Positions 38,425 through 50,413 are shown, numbered from the stretch's first letter. The stretch: DNA of 64,000 bases from Diadema antillarum (GCF_040938485.1 NW_027271024.1:2232001-2296000); one strand, 5' to 3'. Numbers and translations: made by a program. Notes: generated from the sequence alone by a model not told the origin.

Positions 38425-38713
38425 TCTCTCTCTCTCTCTCTGTTTATGTGTTTATGTGTTTACTGTAACTTTGCTCTTGCGTTTTGGTCAATGTCTGTAT
38501 CAATCAATGTCTTTTTTTTTGGTTTAGCCTTTTCCCACTTTCCAGAAGTCAAGTAAGTAATACGTTGTATCGCTCTTTCCTTCAGCTTAAAAGAAAAAGT
38601 CTCTTCATTTTTATCATATATATATAATTATATATTACATATTGTTTACTATATTATTACAAATCATACTGTGATTCTTCATTTCAGGAGCTGCCGGAGG
38701 AGAGGGCATCTAA
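36720..38713 (+). CDS. Gene D: secreted 4-Cys cationic prepropeptide, 90 aa
   Basis: join(36720..36891,38257..38331,38688..38713). Protein MVCKVLIAFMALVVVAFAFEMEVDDEFAADMEFMKRDPVMQDFYLAEKR|GKSMRKYKPCATQINSDQTCWCTRRGNQFAFCTGAAGGEGI*. AATAAA at 38883-38888. Confidence 0.92.
37445..37811. mobile_element. Second TTAA/AGG MITE family, in intron 2 of gene D
   Basis: TTAAAGGTCCTGTTAACCTTTG ... CAAATGATAAATTGTGCCTTTAA (imperfect TIRs). Orthologous copy at 58085-58454. Confidence 0.65.
37986..38225 (+). mobile_element. tRNA-derived SINE in intron 2 of gene D
   Basis: A-box-like TGACACAGTGG, B-box GAGTTCGATTCC, central CTCGACCCAGGTGCATGAATGGATACC and a LINE-like 3' tail. Orthologous copy at 58650-58880. 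Confidence 0.75.
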
Positions 38714-40831
38714 AAAAAGAACTCCGTCACGACCACTTCAATAACCCCTGACCCGAATCACTCCCGGAAAAAGCCAGGACATGTTCAACGACCAAGAGAA
38801 TGTCATGTAGATTCTGATGTAGCAGCTGCTATAATCACTAATAGTTTCTATGATTTTTGACCCAGATTTTGCCATGGCCTAGAATAAATACGAATATTTT
38901 AAAAAACGGTTGCCTCGCATAGCGTTGTTTAGACTTGATCTTGTCGTCTGTCAATGTTTGGCAAATAATTCTAAGAATGGTGAGAGAATGGTTGGTATGA
39001 CGAAGGTGTTTTGCTGTACTAGAAATGTAGAATGTTAGTAGTAGTATAAGATAAACAAGAACGAACAAAAAGAGGTGTACATATCTATCTCTCTCTCTTT
39101 AGATCTACAAACACTCACTCACACATTGACAATATGATATATGTATATACACACACGTATATATGAATATACAGTATGATATGTGCATTAAATTTTAGTG
39201 TCTGTAAAACACAGAGTAACAAAAGTAGTATCAGGAACTGGCAGGATTATGATTATAGAGAGTGACACCAGTTACGCAAGACACTACGCATTATTGGAAT
39301 GAGATTATTCGAAAAGAAAATTCATATACATTGTTGTAGGTGTCAGAAAAACCCCACCATTTTCTACTGTTGATCTGTAATAGTTACGAAACTATACATA
39401 CCACTGTCATTGATATGAGTTATAGCTGAATAGTGTACAATTTAGTTAAAGGTGATTTGAATATGAAAGTATGAATCAGTTTCATTAAATCCATGATTAA
39501 TTCTAAAGTTAAGTTCCAGAGTTTGGTCGAATTTGAACTCTCTGTACAAAATCAAACTTTACACAAGAACCAATGATGTGTATATGAGAATGTGTGCTTA
39601 CAATGACCCCTAACAATAGACATGAATACCACAAATACCACCTTTTCAGAGCATTGCTGACTAGGCTTAAGGTCTCTTGCTCAGACGCGCATGGATGCTT
39701 TATTAATAATTCATGATGGATTGCCCAGGGCATCTACTGCTAGTCTGAATTCTTGGTAAGGGGTAAAATGCATGCACATGAAAAAAGTAAGCACATGTTT
39801 TCATGTGCTTTTAAACACTACATTTCAGGATGAATAAAAGACTAGCTGTGATAGTGTAATAGAGCATTCAAACCCTGGCCATTGTTTAGGACCATTGTCT
39901 GGGTGTTAACCACACACTCCCATACACAGCAATTAACCCCTGTGCAAAGTGAAAGTTTTGTATAGAGGGTTGAAAATAGAGCAAAATCTGAAACTTTACT
40001 TCAATAAAAATAAATCTTGAGCTTATTGAAACTGATTTATGCTCCTTTTTCAAATTACCTTCGACAAAATTGTACATTTTATCAGTTATTGCTCATACAA
40101 ATGTCAGTGTTTTTTGATATATAGTATTTGATATATTAAAGATAAAAAGTGGGAAATGTTTGAAGATATACATAATATGATATATGATATATAAATATGT
40201 ATTATGATATTCAATGTAGCAAACCACTCTTTAACGTCAGGATCGGATTTGATAAATCATCATGTTATATATCATGCTAAACACAAGGCAAGGCTTATGA
40301 TATCAAAATACAAAGTTAAACTGATTTTAAATGACAGTTTGGGGTTTTTTTTAGCAACACCAAAATTGGTATAGGTATCATTTTTTGCAATTTAATTTTC
40401 AATGAATTTATACTGTATCTCAAAATAATAGGTAATGCACTATACATAATAATGTAATATGAAATATCATATTTTCATCACATTTAACATAACAATTCGT
40501 TCGATTGCTATCAATGGAAATTGTAGTGTAAATGAAATAAATAAACCAGGAAATACAGCATGTATCACAAGTTGTACTGTTACTCGTACAGAAATGAAAA
40601 GTCTGTAAGGTTAAGGTCTGAGGGGTAAGAGTGATTTAATGATATAATAACGTTGCTTGATAGAAAGCCTGAATTTACAAACAAACCTAACGAATCTGCA
40701 TCAATCAAACCTGTAAATGTCTTGGAAGGCATGTATAATGACACCCTTACCTGGGTTGCAGTTTTCACAAGTCTTCAATGACACGATGAATAACATATCA
40801 ATGTGGCACTAAATGATGCAGGAATAACACG

Positions 40832-40868
<37 letters not shown>

Positions 40869-41826
40869 GGGGGGGGAGAAGGAAATAGAAGATATAAAGT
40901 GAACAAGACGAGATTATCATTTTTTTTTCATTTACATTAATCTAGTATCTTGCTTTTTGAAAGTTTGTTTTCTATTGTGTTACTCTTTGCGGTACTTTTA
41001 GTTATTGATTGTTTCTTGATGTACTGTTAAATGTATATTCATGTAGTGATGGGCAGTGTATTATACAATATCATATCATCTAATTTAGGGATTGTAATGA
41101 AATCATAGCTGTGTTACATGTATTTTACATTTGAATCGTTCTATGTTCGTTCTATGTGTCTTCTATCGTTCTAAATGTATTGTTGTGTATACAGCCATGA
41201 TATTTGTTTATATTCAAGACGTATGTATATATATATATATATACATTTTTTTTTGCACTTTACCGTTATTTATGTATGTATGTTGACCCATATGGAAACC
41301 AGGTCTGCTGATCACGGTGTTCCACCCCAAGAAGTGGCAATAAATTCAAATGCATGATTAATTATAACATGGCATTGATCCATGATATTAGGTGTTTTTT
41401 CTTTTCTCTGTTTAGTTTTACAGGTCATGGTAATTGAGTTTATCTCAAATGGGGGCTCTACCAGTCATGGGTTTCCTAAATTTCAGTGGTAGCCACATTT
41501 TCAATTATTTTGTCAGGGCTAGGAAAATGAAACTGCTTTATTAGTTTGATCAAGAACATGCTTTGTGTATCGATAGGTATATCGTCGAGTGTAAAAGACA
41601 GTACAATATTAACAAATTTACTTTTGATTTACGCTCCCCCACTTTGGTTCTTGCAACTGCAAGTGTTGCAAGTGATGTTATAAGTACATGTATTATTGTT
41701 CGGACTATTTTTGAACATAAAAATGGACAAACTATTATTATATAGTAATAGTTGTAATAATTATTGTAGCTCAGTTATGTTTGTTTCATACATTTTTGAA
41801 CAGACAGTGGATATAAATTCAAATCA

Positions 41827-41863
<37 letters not shown>

Positions 41864-43176
41864 TACAAATCACTAATCCCAATCATTTATCAGTAATAAC
41901 TAATTAGTAAAAAAGACAAACTCACAACAATAAGCCCTCGTCCTTACTTTTCCGTGACTTATTCACGGAACATTTCTAATTCCATTTCTACGTTTTTAGG
42001 TAGATAATAATAATGCCTTGTTCTCATAGTATAAACACACAGCAACATCCAAACGCCGTTACTAGAGAAACCAATCATAGATAAATGCATAATTGGCATA
42101 AATAACATAAATAGATTTAAAAAAAGGAGATGTGATACATTTTTGTAAATCTTTTGATATTTAGAATATAACAATCTTACCAACATCCAACAAAATGTTT
42201 AGAGATTCCATTAAGGTATGTAATACTTTGAACATGAGATGTTGAGCATGACTGTTTAGACGCATGCTAGGTAAAGGAAAATATGGTGATAGCTATTTAT
42301 AAAATCACAACTTACGAATATAAATGTAAATGTAACATTGTGTGTGTTGGCATTTCATCAAACATTACACATTTCCATTTGACTATATAGATTTATTGAT
42401 TCCACTTTAATGTTGAGAACAATGGGGTGATAATTTCAATCTCTTACCGTTCAAAATTGTGTTCAGCATACGACGATAATACACATTGGCTGAAAACTAT
42501 AAAGTCCTTGGTCTTTTAAAACCTAGAGTTGTCAAGGTAATGATTGTCTACTGGTTGCCTTACAAGCAACCGGACGTTCATCAATGTCAAAATGCCAAAT
42601 TTAGGTCATGGCCCTTTGAGAAAGTAAGACTTTAGCTTTTAGTAGAACATGGAAACGGGAAAGATTTTCAGGAAGGAAGGGAAGGGGAATAGGTTAAAGC
42701 ATAAACTCCAGAGGATTTTAAATGAATGTATTTCCTGAAAATCTGGAGGAGTGGAAGTTATAACTTGGGCATGACGGACGTTCAACACCTGCGAGTAGAT
42801 TCTTGAAGACTGACTCTTTATTCTCACCTTAACGTAACAGATCGATGACTCAAACAAACAGGAACAGATTGCTCGTCAAAAGGACATCATCACTTCGATT
42901 ACGTGGGATATGAAATACATGACCAACGGAGCCTCAAACGCATCTCGGCTAAGCGAGAATTGGCCAGATGGAAGGGTTCCATTTTGCTTTGATTATATGA
43001 CTTTGTTTGCTTCTACACATGAAGAAAAAAGAACAGGGAAAAGTTAATTTACTTAATAGGGAAGCAGGAAGAAATGTCACGTCAAATAACAACGTATGTA
43101 GTCTTTTCTGCCCCTCCCTCCCCCTCACACAAACACACAAAATCTCTCTTTTTCTATCGCTTGGTATCATTTTATG

Positions 43177-43290
43177 GGATTAACTCTGATCGAGAAATAC
43201 ATAAAAGGCAGTCGTTTGACGGGTAAAGATCATCAGACGCCAGCAAGAGATCCTCAACAGTCGACCTTCCAACACATCCATCACAACTAC
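43177..43290 (+). promoter_or_regulatory. Gene E core promoter (variant CATAAAA) and non-coding exon 1
   Basis: GGATTA at 43177-43182, CATAAAA at 43200-43206. Exon ends at 43290, followed by GTGAGT. Confidence 0.75.
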
Positions 43291-43987
43291 GTGAGTATCA
43301 CCGTCGTATTGTCAGCACCCTAACTTTAACTTTTCCGTTGTATAACTTCTACACGTAGTAACAGCATCACATTTAATATGATTCATTTTAAGCCTTAATG
43401 TGATATCAACCCTTAATAGAATTATTCTAACGCTATTATGTAAGCCCATGATAATCAATTCAAACCTAAATGTACGAAATTTTAACCCAGGCCTAAACAA
43501 TTGCTGAATGTCATACCAAAACAGGAAACAATCCTGAATGTTGAACATTTCAACCATGGTTCATGATATTGACTCTAAAAAGAATTAGTTTTTCCCATAA
43601 ATTTAGTTAAGTCAGTATACTAGTCACTATGTCAACCAATTCCCATGCAATGAAAATGGTATCTGGGCAGGTTGGTGAGGAAAAGGTCTAATAGCTCTTT
43701 ATCCATATTATTGTTTAAAAGTTTGATTTTGATTGTCTTCCAGATGTTCTATCAATGAATCACTCAATTTTAATTTCCTCAAAGATAAGGTGATGATAGA
43801 TTGCAAGGGTAGTTTAACAGGAAGGAGAGAAAGTAAAGATAGTAAAACAAGCAATATGACAGGTGAGCCAAAATATTATATATATATATATATATATATA
43901 GATATATACATGTGTGTGTGTGTGTGTGTGTATGCAAATATATACATATTGAATAGAAACCAAGTTCATGTTGCCATTACCATCAAA

Positions 43988-44110
43988 TTATTTCAGCACA
44001 CAAACTTTCGAGCTATTCGCCCTTTCTCAAGTGCTCTTGATTCACAAGAACACCTGAGAAAGGGTAAATCGCTCGAAAATTTGTGTGCCGAAATAAACTT
44101 TTGGTATTGT

Positions 44111-44145
<35 letters not shown>

Positions 44146-44220
44146 GAACTTGCTTCGAAATGGCGCTAAATCCATCATTTTTCAATGGATTTAGCGCCTT
44201 TTGGTTGCAAGCTCTTCATA
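43988..44220. repeat. Two adjacent imperfect hairpin elements among TA tracts in intron 1 of gene E
   Basis: The 43988-44098 hairpin is homologous to the arm of the 25349 palindrome (CACACAAA..TTTCG..CGCCCTTTCTCAAGTG). A second hairpin lies at about 44140-44220. Orthologous copies at about 63785-64000. Confidence 0.7.
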
Positions 44221-44259
44221 TATATATAAATGTATATTTTCTTTTGTCTTAGAGTCATC

Positions 44260-44532
44260 ATGGTAAGCAAGGTCCTCATCGCTTTCATGGCCCTCGTGGT
44301 CGTCGCTTCAGCCCTCGAGTTCGCCGAGGGAGATGAGTACGCCGCCGACATGGAGTTCATGAAGAGGGACCCGGTCATGCAGGAGTTCTACCTCGCCGAG
44401 AAGAGGGGCCAGAGCATGAGGAAGTACAAGCGTAAGTATCACTTGAATTTGTCTGCTTTTCTAAAACCTGCCTCTACATTTCTTTAAGATGTGATATTAT
44501 TGTTATGCATATTGAAGAGTTTAAATAAAAAA

Positions 44533-44576
<44 letters not shown>

Positions 44577-45487
44577 TATATATCCATTTGATTAATTTGA
44601 GATATGTGATATTGAAACTGCTGAAAAGCAAACAAAATAATCAAAATGTATTCGAATGTTCTGGTAGATTACACGTCATATATTTTCAAAGAGTGCTTTT
44701 AATATGATCATATATAATTGGTTGATGAAAATCATTGTTGACCATCGTTAAGTAACTTCATAACGTAACCTTTTGTTTGGATATTCCCATTAGGACAGAT
44801 TTCAATGTATGAATTTTGATTCTTCATTTATTTATTCATATGTGCGTAATAGTGTTCTCTTAAACACATTCGTACAGTACTTTTGCAATCTCTCCATGCA
44901 AGCTTTTTTTTTATGATACAAAGTTTTGTTTAAAAAAAGGTCAAAACTGACAGAATGACAGATTGTATGTATACATTGGAAAGAAAAAAAAATAAAAGTA
45001 AGATTAAAGAAATTAGTAACATGAGACGACCACATTATGACCATATCTTATGATATGGTGAGGTGTTTTTTTTTCGATCCTGGCTCACACTCATTTACTT
45101 TTTTTTCCCGTTAATTTGCTCGCAGCGTGTGCCACCCAGCTGAACGAGGACCAGACCTGCTGGTGCAGTCGACGAGGTGGCAAGTTCGCCTTCTGCTCAG
45201 GTAAGCTGTTGTTAGATAATAATTTCCTTGTCTGCCTGTCTGTGTACATGTGGATGTGTGTGTTATGGTTTAGCAGAATGGACGTCTGTTTCTTTTAGTT
45301 GCTTTTGAAACCGATTGTTCAGATAGGATTTTACTTAATAATTACGTAATGTTGATATATCTCTTTAAGCCTTTTCTTGTCACTAAACAAGCGTAAGCTA
45401 TATTGTTCTTTTACTCATCGTTCTTTATTTTATCATCTGTTATCTTTATTTTTCATTTCAGGAGCTGCCGGAGGAGAGGGAATCTAA
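44260..45487 (+). CDS. Gene E: secreted 4-Cys cationic prepropeptide, 90 aa
   Basis: join(44260..44431,45126..45200,45462..45487). Protein MVSKVLIAFMALVVVASALEFAEGDEYAADMEFMKRDPVMQEFYLAEKR|GQSMRKYKPCATQLNEDQTCWCSRRGGKFAFCSGAAGGEGI*. AATAAA at 45669-45674. Confidence 0.92.
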
Positions 45488-47732
45488 ACCGGAACTCCGC
45501 CATGACCTCTTCAATGACCCCTGACCCGAGTCACTCTCGTAAAGAGCCAGGACAAGTTCAATGACCACGCGAATGTCTAGACTCTGAAGTATATAGACGC
45601 TGCGATCATCAAGTGTTAGATTTTTGTCCCCTTGATTTTCGCCCCAGATTATGCTATGAATTAGAAGCAATAAATCTTATATAAAACTAAAAGGCTAGGT
45701 TGCTCAGTGTCGTTTAGGCTTGGGTCTCGAGGTCTGTCGATGTTTTGCAATTATGAAAGAAGAGTGTAATATGAAGAAGGCGTTTTGATGTTTTGCAATA
45801 GTAGAAATGAAGAGTGGTAATAGGAGTATAAGAGAGATGAGAACGAACAAGCAGAGTTGTAATCATCTATCTGTCTTACTTTCTTAATCTCCATAAATAC
45901 AAACACATGCACACACATACAATCGCACATAGTGTGTACATAAATATACATAATACATACAATATATATTTAATTATATTTGTATATATATATATATATA
46001 TATATATATGCATACATAAATATATATCTCATACATACATACATTACACATATGCACATTTAAAACTTTTTCTCTAAATCACAAAGTTGCAAAAGCATGT
46101 TAGGATCAAACCTCTGTCGTGCAAACTTTAACGAACGGAATAATGATATATAATGAGGGACACCATTTCTGCATTATCATTGTACATGTACAAATTGTTG
46201 ATAATATGCCCTATAACACATAGTTGTTGTTTTTTTACAATCTTCAACAAAAGTGTACACAAGGTACAATAGATAATACAGAAAGGCTATAGCTTTAGCG
46301 TAGCTTGATATGCTTGCAGCTCTTATACATAAATCATATAATAAACACAGAGAGAAAAAAAAATATACGGGAGTGTGACTTACGTAGAGAAATATATACG
46401 ATAGAAGAAAGAAAAAGAGGACAAAAAATAGTTTGCCTGGTTCAGCAAAGGTTTGCCTATTGTTCACATAAAATGATAATCAGCTTACACAGTATTTATG
46501 AATATGTTATCAACAGGTTCATGGGAGTATAGGGGGTATGGTGCCCACACATCCAATGTGGAGGTAAAAAGTAAGGAGAAGGACGCTTTCATGATAATCA
46601 TTGATTGGAGTATTAAAAAAGAAAACAAAAAAATGACACTCCTGATCATTTATTTTATAGAAATGGCGATACACACAAGCAATCCTCGATATTCTTTGAG
46701 AACATCGGTAAAATCAATTTGCCAGTCTCAGTGTCGTTTGTTTGTTTGTTTGTTTGTTTGTTTGTTTGTTTGTTTTTTTTTGGGGGGGGGGGGGCTAGGA
46801 ATAAAATGTTATCGAGAATTCCCCCTTTTTTCGAATAGGCTATGATGACTTTATCCAAACCCCGAGAATTTATTCTTTTCCTTCTGGAGGAAAAATAACA
46901 CGTATAGAATTGATTGTTAGATATATTTACATTATGTACATACAATTAAACATCATTAATCATTATTTAAAGATGGATTCATCTTTGTGAGGAAAGCAAA
47001 CATGAAAGTAATGGACTCCGAGATACACCGAATATATACAACCTGAACCAATATTTATCATAATAACATGCATTTCACTCAAGCAAACTTAAACTATGGA
47101 ATAAATCAGAAACGGTTTGGGTTTTTTTTTCAGAGGTGTGACGGTTTTGTCAAGGCCCCATGGAATCAAGGGAATAAACAGAAATGAGAAAAAAAAAAAG
47201 GAAGAGAAGATGAAAAAGTAGGTGAAATAAAAACAGACAAACCAAGCACAAATTCAAGACTCCTCCACTCCCAAAACACACGCACACACATACCAGGAAA
47301 TAAAAATAGAAGGTCGCTTAATCGTGTTGATAATGATGACATTTTGCCACAGGTCTGTGAAGAATGTGCACATATATTAACGTTATGATTATGTGATGCT
47401 TGAAGGGCCTATGATTTCTATCATCAGTGGATGTATAACATGCCAAACACCAGCTACAATAACAACAAAGAGAATATCTTGGACATATCTAATGAAATTC
47501 ATGACAAACAGAGCATGTAGCGTTGGAGCCCCCCAGTGGGAATGTGATGGAACATACTTCAGAACTTACTGTGATATCGATATTGTGTTTCGGATGTCTC
47601 CTGCTGGTCCATACACCTCACACACACATGAGGAAAACACATATTCACACCATGATGTCTCCCTTCAGATGACAGAACGAATCATAAAAGTTTTCAAGAC
47701 AGAACCGTTTTTTCTTTATTACAGACTAAAAG

Positions 47733-47823
47733 TATAAAAAGGAGATCACAATACGGCATGACAACAGAACTCGAAAACACCTTTCAGCTTTACACATCCA
47801 CTACTGGCTCACTCACCAACCAC
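47733..47823 (+). promoter_or_regulatory. Gene F TATA box and non-coding exon 1
   Basis: TATAAAA at 47733-47739. The leader ends ..CCAC|GTAAGT at 47823, the same layout as in the paralogs. Confidence 0.7.
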
Positions 47824-48625
47824 GTAAGTTCGATCATCACTCACGAGTGTTAAAACCCCGCTTGTAATAATTTGCAACCTAAAATACATACATATAGGCT
47901 TCTTAAATGTGCCTTAATTCATAATTCAATCGATCAGCTTGACCGGTTATTCACTATTCATAATATGTTCGCATAATGTGTTTTTCCTTCTTTCTTTGTA
48001 AATTAGGGCAGCAGTTTGTAAATTCTCTCTTTTCTTTAGATAAATTAAAAAAAAGATGCAGAAGGATGTTTGTGAAAGAAAATGCAATATCATGTCATTT
48101 CCGTTAATGCAAACTAAGACATAGTTATTTCATGTGATTTCTATACAATATTATATCCTCGGCAGTTACACTCAAACCAGCAGACCTCTCTTTCTCACTC
48201 TCAGTCTCTCTAGATATACATAACTTGATCATATTCGATATATTCGTGCCATCATTTACTTATTCGCATGAATATTCATAGACTCTGCAAGAGACAACTT
48301 TCATTTGTAGAACACTGTCTTATTTAAGTTTGCAGGTTAATCATTTGGATCGATTAGTGACGTCATTATATTGAACAGTAAGAGCAAAAAGATTTTTCCT
48401 CTCTTCACTATAATATGCATATTAAGACATTATCTTTAAGTCATTCACTTAGCTTCATTCAAGGTCATAGATATTTTCTAATGTTTAAAATATCATTTCT
48501 ATACCTCTTAAACAACAATTTCCTTGTTTGTTTCAAATATATAAAACAGCTGTATCGAAACTTCTTTTTTTTTCAGAAAAGTAAGGCTTACTCCTTCATT
48601 CATTATACATTGCAGCCGTGTCATC

Positions 48626-50413
48626 ATGGTGTCCAAGGTTGTGATGGTCTTTGCGACCCTCGTGGTCGTCGCGTCGGCTCTCAATTTCGCCGAGGAAGAC
48701 AACTTCGCCGCCGACATGGAATTCATGAAGAGGGACCCGATCATGCAAGAGTTCTACCTCGCCGAGAAGAGGGGCGAGAACACGAAGAAGTACAAGCGTG
48801 AGTAGGAATTAGATGCGAAGAACGGTGCAGTGACTAGCAAATAACTGTCATTTTGCCATTCACCGTCAGTATTAGTGAGCCAGATAAGGTCCTATTCATT
48901 TTGTTATACAGGACATTGACGATGTTTAATCTAAGAAGGTACATACCACACTTCAATTTTAGTTACGGTTTTATTTGTAGTCAAACAATCAATAAGAAAA
49001 TGATTATCAATGAGGGGAAGAGAAGGGGGAGAAATTCAGGCAGCATGTCCATGCTTGATTTAATATTTGAAGAGTTTTATCGCAAAATGACCCACGCGCC
49101 ATTTTCAAGCATTTAATAGTAAGTCCATCATCAGATAGAACAATATTAAACCTTTCTTGTGTTGCGTCACTTGTGACGTAACAAGGAATATTCTATAAGT
49201 TATGACCAAAAATATTCTGATTTTTTAATCATTTTCTTTGTTTTTCTTTAGCAGCTTTAATCACAAATGTATCAACTTAATGAAAATGGATTTAGCTCGT
49301 TTTGCGATAAAACTCTTTATTTCATAAGCCGGGCTCTGAGTTTAATTTATTTATGTTCCCTTTATTTGAGGCATTTCATCATGTGTCACACATACCTTTG
49401 TCATTAGTAGTTATATGAAGAAAAAATGATAAGAAAATACTGAATACTTTTAATCATAACGTCTAGAATATCCCTTGTAATGTCACAAGTGAGGTATTAC
49501 TGGAAAGGTTTGAGTTTGCTCTATCTGATGATGGACTTACTTTGAAAGGTTTAAAATTGGCGTTTAGCTCATTTTGCAATATTTTTTTTTCATTATATGA
49601 ACTTTAAGTTAACTTCATTTGAATACTTTTCAATTTTTGTTGTTTCAAACAGTTATCTATCTGATTTTCTCGACAGCTTGTGCGACCCAAGTCAATGCAG
49701 ACCAGACCTGCTGGTGCACCCGTCGAGGAAATAGATTCGTATTCTGCACAGGTGAGGGGGATAGCACGTTAACTCAACGAATTCAATAATTTTAGATTGA
49801 TCTGGCATTATTATTATTTTTTGTTTTGGTGACGGAAATAACCTCGGCATTCAGATACATTTCAAATTTTATGATATTGGAAAATATTTTAGAAAATACG
49901 ACTGTGGATACGCAGAAAACTTTCATTTCTTCATAATTGAGAGTCTATTTTTTGACCAGAAAGCAAAGATTTCGAAAAGTAACACGTTTGCACAATGAAG
50001 CATGACAAATTTGAAATAATAGGACTGTATCATTGAGAATCTGCTAAATTTTCTAGCTGAAGATATCACTGGCGGATTCACCGATTGTACTGTTATCTCA
50101 GTATTTACGGTTGACGTCTTGATTTCATTCTATTTTCATCTTTATTTCATTTTAATCGAGTACACGTAAGGTGTATATACCACAAGTTATTTTGTCTTGA
50201 CCTTTGTGTGTGTGTGTGTGTGTGTGTTTGTGCGATACATTCTCTTGCATGAGATTCGGTTCTCAACTTTGTTATGATTGTGAAGGCCTTCATTTGAATC
50301 ATCATTATACGTGCGCTTTTTTTTTTCTTAACGTTATTTTCTATTCTTTTTTTGTCCAATACTTCTTAATTTTCAAATAATTTGCAGAAGTTGGCACTGG
50401 AGAGGGAATATAA
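48626..50413 (+). CDS. Gene F: divergent paralog of the 4-Cys prepropeptide family, 90 aa
   Basis: join(48626..48797,49677..49751,50388..50413). Protein MVSKVVMVFATLVVVASALNFAEEDNFAADMEFMKRDPIMQEFYLAEKR|GENTKKYKPCATQVNADQTCWCTRRGNRFVFCTEVGTGEGI*. Same exon sizes as the others. The last acceptor is CAGAAG (NAGNAG). Confidence 0.88.
49066..49580. mobile_element. Nested inverted-repeat (MITE-like) region in intron 2 of gene F
   Basis: AAGAGTTTTATCGCAAAA (~49071) is mirrored at ~49277-49298. AGTAAGTCCATCATCAGATAG and CTTGTGAC..TATTCTA are mirrored at ~49460-49540. Confidence 0.55.

Larger units (their letters stand above)
34823..44186 (+). repeat. Segmental duplication, copy 1 (genes D and E)
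   Basis: Colinear with 55405-64000 across exons, introns, intergenic DNA and TE insertions. By eye roughly 90-95% identical, with several indels. Offset about 20.6 kb at the left end. Confidence 0.92.

Noticed and set aside
36720-38713. Identity as speract/resact sperm-activating peptides, centrocins or strongylocins
   Set aside because: There are no tandem repeats of a decapeptide, no centrocin heavy/light-chain layout, and four Cys rather than the six of strongylocins.
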